64,000 bases of DNA from Phoronis australis (Eukaryota > Animalia > Phoronida), in NCBI GenBank assembly GCA_002633005.1, contig NMRA01000169.1, forward strand, positions 413,387 through 477,386, given 5' to 3'. Positions 13,101 through 25,700 of the stretch are shown piece by piece. The position numbers and the translations under genes were made by a program. Below the pieces are notes generated by a model, which did not search any database, was not told where the DNA came from, and saw nothing but the letters and a program-made list of their open reading frames with translations. Numbering within the stretch: the stretch's first letter is position 1; each line of letters starts with the position of its first letter.

Positions 13101-15232
13101 ACAGAGGGAGCTGTAGCTCGGAGTTAGCGCAGGAAACATTCCCCGGAAACTGATTAGTTGCCACACTGCTCATTTTCATGGATATCTTTAGCAGTTGTAA
13201 ACCCGCTTTCCATTTGTTTTACACAAAAAGACATCGAACTTCCGGGTGGTGGATGGTACCTCGCCCTGCAGAGCATTCATCTACACGTCACTTTCAGTTA
13301 CACTGATGACCTTTCATTTCTGACCTTATACCGAGGTCCCGCTCAAACACAAAGTTGCGTTGTCAATTCCGGGTCTATTTTGAATTATTTAACATTGACC
13401 AATGATTTCCTTTTCACGTGTTTTTTGTTCTTTAAGTTTGAGAAATGACAAGAAGGAAACGAGAATGATAACAGGTATTTCTTCATCCTTCAATAGGACG
13501 TCGCCCTTGCTCAAGAATTTGAAGAGTTTGTGAAGAAAGACAATAGGTTCGAGATAGTCAACGAAGTGAACATGGGATTAGTTTGTTTTAGACTTAAGGT
13601 ATGTTGTGAACGTCTCTTAATGCCATAGGTATAGTGTAGCTTGTAAGCGGACATCATTCTATTAAGGGAGGTGAGTACCCTGGCTCAGGGCTCCCCTGAT
13701 CGTCTGAACTTATAACTTAATATCCAAACTAATTGACGTTTCTACACTTATCAGTGCAGCTTGCCAACTTTGTACAAGTCTATAAGACTACAACTGAACT
13801 CCTGAGTATGTGATGTAACAAACACAATCCAAAACTTCTGGAAAAGCCTGCCCTGAAATAAAAGTGAGTTAAGTTATGTATTTTTAAAAAAGAACGCTGT
13901 TAGAATTGATCCGGACACATCTTTACAACGGAATAATACGCTCAACGCAAGCCATCGGCATCACTAACATTATCGCATTTCTTTTGGTCTTAATGTGTAG
14001 GAAAAATCTAATGCTGTCATGAGTTTCTAGATTTTTTTCAATTTTATTTTTGGGAATCTTGAAAGTGAAAATTTTTATAGCAGCTGATGCGAAGGTTAAA
14101 CTTCTAGATTTCGAAAACATTTCAGTTCGACTTATGCAAACATCTTGTCGATTTGGAATATTTATGAAATCTCGCGAAGTACTCTGTTTGTAACTTTTTC
14201 GGAAGGAAAAGTCGCTAACTCTGTTGAGCTGCTTCGAACAAGTGAAGAACGATTCATCGTAGCCTCGGCACACAAATTTGGGGTATTTTTGGTCAGCATT
14301 GCAACTTGCTTTACAATAATAAAATTTAATCGTATTACAATGAGGAATAGTCAACCAATTTCCATGTAAAGTAACAGTTGCCATGACAGTGGTGGGACGA
14401 AAAGCCTGCAGTGGGGCGCAATATTGTGGGTAAATACCGCAAATTAAAACAGGGCGTTTTGGAGGGAGTTGTTGTATGTACAGCAATGAAGACACTACTT
14501 CACTGTCGGACTGCATTCCGTGTAGACGCAAGAAAGTCGCGATAAAGATGACACGAAGTCACGCAAGTGAAAGGCAATTTTTTCCTGATTATGTTCGGGG
14601 GCTTACTACCGTATCATCCAGCAAAATGATTGTCACTCATGTGGTTGATCGGTAAAGTTGGGATGTATTGGACAGAATTTGTTGTTCCCGTTCCAGAAGT
14701 GGAGATTTCATGACGCAAACGCTGCACAAGTGTCTTGGGTCTACGGAACGTAATCCTGGATTAAGGTTTCGTCGTGGTGTCTGTGGTGCCAAAAACTCGA
14801 AAATTGCAATTGTTTCTGAAGCTGAGCTGTGATACGTTTTCTATCGCGTGTACTTTTGCAAAGCACATTTTAGGATTCTTGGGGTCAGAAAAATACTTGT
14901 TCCTGGTAACCTATTTCCAGGCAGTCACATTTTTGAGTGTTTGGGTTCATTTTGGAAAATTCTGTCTGGCGACAAAATTAATGGTCTAATCACACGCCAA
15001 TTATATTATTTTTCAGGCCAACAATTCCATAAATGAAGAACTTCACAGACGAATCAATGAAGAAGGACGCATTCACTTAGTAACGTCACAGATTCGCGAC
15101 AAGTATTTCATGAGATTTGTTGTGAATTCTTCAAGAACTCTGTCGAAAGATGTCGCTTTTGCATGGAACGTGATAGCGAAGACTGCTGCAAAAATTCTGC
15201 AAAGTCGGTGTACGAGAACCTCAATCTTGTGA
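4149..15232 (+). CDS. Aromatic L-amino-acid decarboxylase (group II PLP decarboxylase, DDC/TDC-like), 5'-partial; exons 4149-4262, 5984-6106, 6487-6621, 7985-8128, 9214-9375, 9548-9615, 10517-10607, 11021-11119 (duplicate copy 11544-11642), 13497-13598, 15017-15232
   Basis: All exons are AG/GT bounded and splice in frame (1254 nt including TGA at 15230-15232). Motifs: [85 protein letters not shown] (PLP lysine), [38 protein letters not shown]. The first coding exon (~65-70 aa) was not found and probably lies upstream of the window. DDC versus TDC orthology is unresolved. Confidence 0.95.
10875..11903. other. Near-identical ~510-bp duplication across a single-N gap (N at 11383); probable assembly/haplotype overlap
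   Basis: The sequence before the N is repeated after it with a few SNPs, duplicating the decarboxylase HWGIP exon. Confidence 0.75.
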
Positions 15233-18200
15233 GATTTATCAGTTCACTAGGAACGCAGTGCAGTTCTGCTAGGGAAAGAACGTTAAAATCTTTTAATGAA
15301 AGTGTTGTAAATCTTCGGTGGCAGGCTTTTTCAGGGTGTGTACGCAGCCCTAATGCGTAGTAGAAATTTCTGACGGTAAGGCGATGGTTTTGATGGTTAG
15401 TGGGTACATATGACGAAAACAATGGCGTCGTAATAACACCTTAAGATAGAATCCGTGTTCCAAAGGTGGGCCAAACATGAAATTGAACTCTCCCAATGAC
15501 AGTGATCAAGAACATGGAATGGACTGTATGCAAGCTTTTATTGTAAAATTTGAATTGTGACGTCAACTACTGGTGGATCCATACTGTATGGTAGTCGAAT
15601 TATGCCTTTAATAAACCATGTACGAGTGTAGTGGTAACTGATATAGGTACACGGGTCTATATAGTGGTTCGACTGTGCCCAGTTGCATGTAGGCCTATAT
15701 TGCGAATTCAAGGTAGAAATCACTCTCGCTTTGTATCAAAACCAAAAATTGACTTAGTAGTGAAACTAAAACAGCATAAGAAAGGACATACAGTGTTTTC
15801 ACAAGTCCACAAGCACGCATTAGATTCAGGGAACTTAGTTGAGTCCCTATTTGGGACTGTTTCATGCAACCAGGCACTGCAGACTTCCGTGTCAGCTAAC
15901 TGGTCTTACCGCCCTCTAAGATAGATAGAACTTCACCACTGGCATTTTAAAGGGGTAGCCCTGAGATTAAACGTTTTTAAGAAATCACATACATATATAA
16001 TAGTCAGCATCTTCAGACCAAATCCACAATTGCCAGCAGGATCAGTAGGGCCGGTGGTGATGAACTTGACAGAGTTACTTAGTTTATGTGAGATCGCATG
16101 TTGAAATTTTCTATCAAATAAAATTCGACCATGCCATTGATACAGTTATTTCAGTAGCAGATTGGTAAAACATAAAAATCACTGAAATTCCACAGACTTT
16201 TTACTTTAAAAGAATATATACTGAGCTAAAATCTACATTTTTTGAAATTTTGCTAAATGCAGACGTGTCATTAAAAATATCCATTCAGTGTTAAGCAAAA
16301 ACAAGTACTTTGATACGGCCCAGTAGAAGCGGCTGGGAGAGCATGGCGTGACTGCTTAGTAAGCAATGCGTCAGAGCTCTGCCTCTAAACACCTATTTCA
16401 AACTCAGGGCTGGAGCCCCTGCTGTTGAAGAGACTCGATCTCGACACCTTAAGACTGAAGCCTGCCAATCAGCTAACTCAGCGACAACGTTTGTATTTCA
16501 CAAAAAATATTAATGCACCTTGTTCACTATCGGTGTATCAACTATTTCACGGGGACATCATTCATTATGAAAACCCTTCAGTTGTAATTAATTAGGCAAA
16601 GGTCCATGGTCAGTAGGTCCTATATAAGTCTCCCTTTTCAGACAAGAAAAATTAGTCAATAACGAGATCATAATGTAAGCTAAGATAGGACTTAGCCGAA
16701 CCCTTTTAGTTCTCTGTAACTACACCGTCTGTGTTGTGACGGCGTCTCGCTTTTAAAAAAGCCTTCAAAATAGTTTCTACCTGAACCCGCTTTCCATCGA
16801 AGAAACTAACTTTAGATTTAGAATATTTACCACAGTAAAATCGGTCTTAACTTCTCTATTTTTATGCTTTCCCGCTAAAAATATTGGCCATGGTTTTCAG
16901 AATTTATGCCACAGTGTCAGCAGTGTCATTAACTTGCTAGTCGAACAGAGTCATCTATTTAAGTTTCGCCCCTGAGCGGAGTCAACTCCGCAATACCTAA
17001 TTTTAATTTAGTACGCGTTCGCTTATTTAGACGTGTGGCTATATCCAACATATTGCGTTTTTTCAAAGAAAAAAATATACTCAAGTGTTTTGTATGCATA
17101 TACCGGTTACTTCTTCGCTTATAAGTTTAACTTAGAGGCGCAGGTAGATGTCTTTTCATGTGCGCGTGCCTCTGGCTTGCCTTGAATATGAGAACGCGCA
17201 CTGTATTCAAGTGTTTAATCTTGCAAGACTTCGCCACGGTGTACGAGTTATTCGAAAAATTGTTCCAGAAAACCTGTCTCCGAGTTTTCGTACGTGACAT
17301 CGTCGTATACTCACTGGTTGAAGTTGCATATAAAAATCGGGATGTGTAGGCCTATACAGGACTGAAGACACACACTTCACAGAAACAGACCCCTGGGCCA
17401 CCCATCGGTGTTTGAAGTATGTCTTGCCGTTGTAATTGGAATTAAAACTCGTCACACGACAGCTCGGTTTCCCGGTCGAGGATCGTGACGTTACGGAATG
17501 GTGGATTTTTCAATGTTCGCGGTGGCTGCGACAAAAAGCTCGTGACCGTTACAGGGCAGCATTCAGCTTTCTGCGAACACCAAACAAAACGCTCCAAAAA
17601 ATCGACTTGACAACACTTTCAAGAAAATATATTTAGGTAACATTAAATGGTTATATTCTAAACAAGTGTTATAATCCGAGAAGCCAAAGGAGTATTACAG
17701 TAACACACACATGAAAGACATTACGGATGAATACCATAAATAACACATTAACAAGTAATTCACCCACAATTATTCGACGGAATAAAACGATTCCTCACAA
17801 TGCTGCTCACCCACGTCTATCACAGTGTTTCTTTTCGCAAAATTGAGATCCGGTAGCCTACCCGTAAAGCCACAATCACTTTCTAGGGAAAGGTCAGAGA
17901 CAATGAACAAGGACGAGTTATTTCTGGTCCTCCATATGATACTGCGAGAATATCATTGCAATCCCGCAGAATGTAAATTGAGTTTACACAACATCGAATA
18001 AAACCACCGGAGCTGGGAGCATTCTTCATAATCCCCACCGTATGCACACATTTCCGGAGCAAGACGGCTTTTGGGATCATAAACCCCATAAAATAGTGTC
18101 AAAAATTTGGGACAAATTTCTTTTACAAGGGTGAGTTTTCAAGAAAACCATCACGCTGCTTCTTCTGACCCGGGAGCAATCTGTATTTGGAACTCGACTG

Positions 18201-19797
18201 TCAAATTGACCATTGCATGGCACGCTTCCAGTGTACTTGAACATAACAGATTACTTAAATTTTGAGTATTTGTCTGGCGATTGTATCCAAAGCCCAAATA
18301 TAGCTTCTGCTGGCACGCTAATTATGTGTAATAAGTAATCTCCGCAAACAAAAAAATAAGAAAAATCTGGTCCATTGCCATCTGAGATTTTTTCGTGAGA
18401 ACAAAGAAACCGATTTTCTAGAACACTTAATTTACACAGGTCACTAGTCTTTAGCAACCATACTGGCAGCGTATTACTTCACAATGTGGATATGACTAGC
18501 TCTTGTATTGATGAGGTATTAATTTTAAAATCAAATTCCCCTAATTCCAACTTCTGAAAGAAGACACTTTCAGCAGATCTGCACCAGTTGCATAAGTTCA
18601 CAGCAATGCACAAAGGACATCAGTTTAACTTGGTCACCTACATGTATTTGTACTGCAGTCACCAAGGCTCTGAAAAAAGCCAGGGTTTACATATCAAAGA
18701 ACAAATTAAAATGAAAATATAAAGCGACCACAGGTCGCGGGATGTGAGTAGGTACAAAACATTAAGATAAAAAGTTTACGTTAGTACTATCATTCAGTGT
18801 CAGATATAAGTACTTTATACATTCAAATATAAATAAACTGTTTCAGTCCACACTGCTGCAGGTACAAAAAAAAACATTTGAAATGAATGTGCCAAATCCT
18901 GAGCCTCATAAACAAAAGTCTTAAAATAAGTTATTGAAACAAATCCTGAAGCAAATCTCACAAAGATACAAATCCTAAAGCAGGACTAAGATTAATTCTA
19001 AAAATAGGCTCACTCAAAGAAAATAAAATCTTAAACAGTGTACATGTATCTCAAAAGTTACTTTTCATGTCTCAGTTCTGGACTATTTGGATAACCTAAA
19101 TCTTAATTATTTTTTATACATTCCAGAAAAAAATGTTTTATTATTCAGAATTTCTTTGGTTGTGTTCTTCCCAAGGTATTCATTTTCTAAATTTATCCAT
19201 GACTATCTGGGTGGTGCTACAAACAGAGCCTCATTTCTTTTTTTCTGAAGATTGACAACTATACTGGGCATAGAGACAGTGTGCCATGTGAGAATCCATT
19301 TCAAAGATGCTTCATTAATCAGGTTCACTACATCTGTGCTTGAACTTTTGTTGCACGTTTATGGAGAGTATGAAAAACATTCAATTTTAGTAACCTTATA
19401 AAAACAATTTTAATAATCATAAAAATGATTCTCCCAAGTTCAATTCCTAATAAGGCGGTTACATTTATTCCTGGTGAAGAAAAATGACGGAATGTTTGAG
19501 AAAACTTATTGTGTCTGCTCGAATGAACTCCCTCTTCATATTGATTGGTCTCCATATCATAGGGCATGAACTGTTATAGACCAGCCTGGCACTATAATCA
19601 GCTGGTAATTTGATTCTGAATAATGGTGGAATCAATTTCAGATGATCATCAAGTGTAGAGCACTTAGCTTAAAGTGGAATATCATAAACTACCAGCACCA
19701 CTGAGACCATTATCATTATAGATCAGGTATCTCTGGAACCAAAGAGTCTCTCCCTTCCTCCCTTCCTTTCTCCCTCCCTCCCTCCTTCCCTCTTTGT

Positions 19798-22700
19798 CTA
19801 ACTCAGGACGATTGGTTCTGGCTCCAGGTAAAACTTCACAAAGCCTGTTAAAAGTAAAATTGAGTATGCCAGTTTTATCAACTTTTCAGGCTGACAATGT
19901 GCAAATATGAAAACATTATATGGCCTAGGAGTGTTTGTTTCAATCAACAGTGAAGGTTAAAGGTATGACTGAAGCAAAACACATTCATCTAAAATCTCTA
20001 AATAATAGATGTACACTTAAAGTAATTGATAATGAAAATATCAGGATATTATGCATATACAAATAACACTGGTGTAAATTCAGTTATCTCTCATACTCAT
20101 TATGAGATTAAATAAACATTCAACAGTTATCCCCATTTCAGTCAGCAGCCTAGCAGACCATTGTGTAGTCCATGAAATAGAAGACGTAACACAACCACAC
20201 AGCACCAGCCATCATCCACAGTCAAAACTGCTCTCTATTGACGGACACCAACACTTGTCATCCACATCACATGGCTACAGTATGCGAGTTCATACTGTCA
20301 TAGAGACAAAGTGCTTGTACTATCGCTGGTTCTGACTTGGACACCTCAACAAATTCCTTCTTGGAGATTCTTCCCTCTTCTTTCTATATTAAAAGGGACG
20401 CAAGAGGGATTAACACAAAAATATTCAAAAGATCCTGTGGCGGCAAGTAAGGTCATCGATGACTCACTTTTGGGGCCGAATATCGATGCCATTCCACTGC
20501 AAAAAAATATTTGGAAATCACGCGAAATTCACCACATTAGGCCAAAAATTATCTCCCCTAGAAAACTTCCCTCACGGTTACAACCACTTCCGCAAAACTA
20601 CCGACATGGTCACTCTAAATTGAAGTTGGCAAATGGTGACCTACCTCCAAAAACATGTTGAAATTCAAACACCTTGTTGCCTTTTAAAGGGCTGCAATGA
20701 ATCCATGCCTTCTACCAAAATCAATGTTTAATTTTGGCCACTCATTGGTATAAAATAGGTCTCATCTTGTTGATTACTTTGAATAAATTCCACAGCTTTG
20801 GAAGGTCTGGTGCTTTAAGCTGCATTACGCCCAATTTAGCTAACTAAATATGAAAATCAACTTAGGTGTTCTACTCTCAAAAATCATTCTCAAAATATTC
20901 CTTATGATTTTCGTCAACAACAAGAACATCGAAACCATTACCAGCTCAAAAACATACATCCTAGTTCATTTGGGTTGGCCAACCCTAAAATTGCTTACTT
21001 CTAAAATGATGCATCCCCTGTGGCTTGAGTTGGTAATGAATAAGGCATCCTACATGTATTATGGCAAGGGGTATTATGGGACAAGATCTTAAGTCAGAGT
21101 AAAAGGACTAATTCTATTTTTCAACAACTTTGACAGGACAAAATGCACCTTTAGCTTGGTTCGAAACAGACTTATAATTCACAGCAACTATCTCTCTCAC
21201 TCCCATTGTCCTTAAGTATCTTGTCATTTCGAGTACATTCCAGGTATAACAAAATGTTGTTTTTCAACTGATATTGGCGTGGGGAAATTTAGGACATTGC
21301 AGCAGGTGTCTAGTAGATTGATGTAAAACTGATACTTGACAACAAGGCCACAGAAAACAGCATGTCATATAGCATTTTGCTGTAAAACTGAGCGGTGATG
21401 TGGTACTTGCTTAGCTTTCTACAAACAGTTTTTGCCAAAGTCAAACAATTCTAGCGGAAATGGGGCAGGGTCCTTCTTTTTCCTTTCACTGAGGGGCAGT
21501 CTTCAAAATGAATCGCGTGCATACAAGAAATACTAATGCTATTTTTGGCTGAGCCTAAATCAGTATTAAAGGTTACAGCATGGACTGGAAAATGTCCAAA
21601 TTTGGCTGACTTGGGAACTTACAGAATATCTCAAAAATGGCTGATCGGATTCACATGAAACTTTCAGATACCTTCAAGTTACTTCATGCACTGCTCTTCA
21701 CAAAGCTGTTGGGACTTGTTCATAAAATGTCCCTCTTATTTACATGAGCGCCCTCAAAAACGTGACTTTAATGCTAAAACTAAAAATTCGCATAAAACAA
21801 AATCATGACACCTTTGAAAACTGTGAGGGTTACACCTTTCATTTTACTTTTGAACGTTTATAGGAAAAGAAATTTGCTCATGCTTTGGTAACGCAGTTTT
21901 CCTAAGAATGTACATCTATTTTCTTGTAAATATTAGTAAAAACTCCTGGTCACCTGACCCAATTAACAGAAGATTGGTGTAAAGTCAATAATCCAATTCT
22001 ACAGGCTTTCAACTTTCAGAACATTAGATACTTTTACCGAGCTAAAACCCAGTGTTGATAAGGTCCTACACAATCTTAAGAACACTTTCTTAACTTACAG
22101 GTTAACAGAGACTCCTGAACAAATGTCACCCAAACCTCTTGATGCACTGGCATTCAAAGTGTCGCACTTAAGAACACTTTCTTAACTTACAGGTTAACAG
22201 AGACTCCTGAACAAATGTCACCCAAACCTCTTGATGCACTGGCATTCAAAGTGTCGCANAGACAAAGTGCTTGTACTATCGCTGGTTCTGACTTGGACAC
22301 CTCAACAAATTCCTTCTTGGAGATTCTTCCCTCTTCTTTCTATATTAAAAGGGACGCAAGAGGGATTAACACAAAAATATTCAAAAGATCCTGTGGTGGC
22401 AAGTAAGGTCATCGATGACTCACTTTTGGGGCCGAATATCGATGCCATTCCACTGCAAAAAAATATTTGGAAATCACTCAAAATTCACCACATTAGGCCA
22501 AAAATTATCTCCCCTAGAAAACTTCCCTAACGGTTACAACCACTTCTGCAAAACTACCCACACGGTCACTCTAAAATTGAAGTTGGCAAACGGTGACCTA
22601 CCTCCCAAAACATGTTGAAATTCAAACACCTTGTTGCCTTTTAAATGGCTGCAATGAATCCATGCCTTCTACCAAAAACAATGTTTGATTTTGGCCACTC

Positions 22701-25700
22701 ATTGGTATAAAATTGGTCTCATCTTGAAAAAATTTCACAGCTTTGGAAGGCCTGGTGCTTTAAGCTGCATTACGCCCAATTTAGCTATAAACTAAATATG
22801 AAAATCAACTTAGGTGTTTTACTCTCAAAAATCATTCTCAAAATATTCCTTATCATAATTTTCGTCATCAACAAGAACATCGAAACCATTACCAGCTCAA
22901 AAACATACATCCTAGCTCATTTGGGTTGGCTGACCCTAAAATTGCTTACTTCTAAAATGAAGCATCCCCTGTAGCTTGAGCTGGTAATGAATAAGGCATC
23001 CTACATGTATTATGGCAAGGGGTATTATGAGACAAGATCCCAAGTCAGAGTAAAAGGACTAATTCTAATTTTCAACAACTTTGGCAGGACAAAATGCACC
23101 TTTAGCTTGGTTTGAAACAGACTTATAATTTACAGCAACTACCTCTCTCACTCCCATTGTCCTTAAGTATCTTGTCATTTGGAGTACATTCCAGGTATAA
23201 CAAAATGTTGTTTTTCAACTGATATTGGAGGAGGGAAATTTAGGACATTGCAGCAGGTGTCTATTAGATTGCTGTAAAACTGATACTTGACAACAAGGCC
23301 ACAGAAAACAGCATAGCGGGTTCTGGTATGCATTTTTTTGTAAAACTGAGCGGTGATGCGGTACTTGGTTAGCTTTCCACAGTCACACAATTCTAGCAGA
23401 AATGGGGCAGGGTCCTTCTTTTTCCTTTCACTGAGGGGCAGTCTTCAAAATGAATCGCGTGCAGACAAGAAATACTAATACTATTTTTGGCTGAGCCCAA
23501 ATCAGTATTAAAGGTTACAGCATGGACTAGAAAATGTCCAAATTTGGTTGGCTGACTTGGGAAATTACATGAGAATATCTCAAAAATGGCTGATCGGATT
23601 CACACGAAACTTTCAGATACCTTCAAGTTACTTAATGCACTGCTCTTCACAAAGCTGTTGGGACTTGTTCATAAAATGTCCCTCTTATTTACATGAGCGC
23701 CATCAAAAACGTGACTTTAATGCTAAAACTAAAAATTCGCATAAAACAAAATCATGATACCTTTGAAAACTGTAAGGGTTACACCTTTCATTTTACTTTG
23801 AACGTTTATAGGAAAAGAAATTTGCTCATGCTTTGGTAACGCTGTTTTCCTAAGAATGTACATTTATTTTCTTGTAAATATTAGTAAAAACTCTTGGTCA
23901 CCTGACCCAATCAACAGAAGATTGGTGTAAAGTCAATAATCCAATTCTACAGGCTTTCAGCTTTCAGAACATTAGATACGTTTACCGAGCTAAAACCCAG
24001 TGTTGAAGATGGTTGGCTAAATACAAGGACTTGTTGATAAGGTTCTACATAATCTTAAGAACACTTTCTTAACTTACAGGTTAACAGAGACTCCTGAACA
24101 AATGTCACCCAAACCTCTTGATGCACTGGCATTCAAAGTGTCACAAATACACACGCTTACCTGTACTGTCAAATCCACAATTATACTAAGACACTCACGA
24201 GATCCATCATAACAGTTCAAAGGATGTCTCAAATACACGAACTTCCCAAATTGGTCATGCTAAACAGATAACATGGTGTCTCAAATACAACTTTACCATG
24301 GTAAACAATTCAAAGGGTGTCTGCAATACAGACACTTACCAGATCCATCATGGCAAACATTTTCATGCATTTTTTTTCTGGGGTATTCTCATCTTCAGCC
24401 AGTTCAAATGATGAGCCCTGAAATATAAGAACAAATTTGGAAGACAAATTGTCAGAGGAGGGACAAGTTTTTGCAGAATAGATGGGATAATGGCAGCTTT
24501 AAATGCTGGACGCAAATGTAAATTCAAAACATTACTGCACATCTACCATTCAGGCAAGAAATGTTTTCATAATTCTTGACATAACTAAAACATCATACAT
24601 CAACGGCTAAGTAACTTAACTGGAGTTGTCCCACCTACATGTATACCTTAGGAACAAATTATGAATATAGCCTAAAGCTTCCTTTCTCAAGATACAGAGC
24701 CAAGTCAGAACGTGATTTTCTCGCTGTGATCTTGAAAATGAGGCCAAGGACACATAAGTTGGTCAAACACAACCTTTATGGATAAATCCCAATTACAAGG
24801 ATTCTGTGATAACTTGGCAAGCGTAGCAAGCTTAGCAAGCTTAACAAGCTTAGCAAACTTAGCACGCTTACTAAGCTTAGCAAGCTTAGTAAGCTTAGCA
24901 AGCATCTCGCTTGACATTTCTAAAAGCTGCTACTCTCAATTCACAAGACAACAGCAGACGGACTCACCACCATTGCATAAATAGCTCCCACTACTACGTG
25001 AAGTTCATCTTGGCTTATGTAACCATCTCCATCAAGATCATACATACGAAAGGACCCTATGAATAAACAAATAAGCTACGTCAATCCATATGATAAGACA
25101 AGAGTGGAGATGACTGTGGTTGGAAATGAACACATCCACAAAGAAGAGTACGCAAACCCTCAGAAGCATTGCGGAATTGTTTACTTCGTTAACAATTTAA
25201 AAATAGTCATTTTAACAAACAGAGCCAGCAAAGGTGTAACTTCATGTTATTATTCTATATCAGAAGACTGTGAATGCTGTGATGTTCTGGTCCATGGTGC
25301 AAACATCATGGATTTGGAGAGATTGATAATGATTTGTTGACAGAAAACCAAAAGACTTTTGATAGACTTTCACTAGCTAGCCATTTATTTGTCAAAAATC
25401 CTGATTTCAACAAACATGGACTTGGTAACATTAAGTAAACCATACGTAAGCATTTATGATCAAGTGCTTCATTCAGTAACAAACATGCTCATTCAATACG
25501 AAGTTCGTCCATTTCCGTGTGACGTTATCATGTACATTACTACATATACTAGTAATATCAGTTTTTGCAACGTACTTGGCAGGTTCACCATATTTTGGAA
25601 TAAATTGAAACATTTAAGCTTTCCTGTCAAACTTTGAAGCTACAAGAATAGGAACTGATATCCTGGCAATCATCTCCATTGTTTCTCCCACATAACGTAT

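Noticed and set aside
13923-14531. 202-aa antisense ORF in the last decarboxylase intron
   Set aside because: There is no recognisable motif and the composition is typical of a chance ORF.
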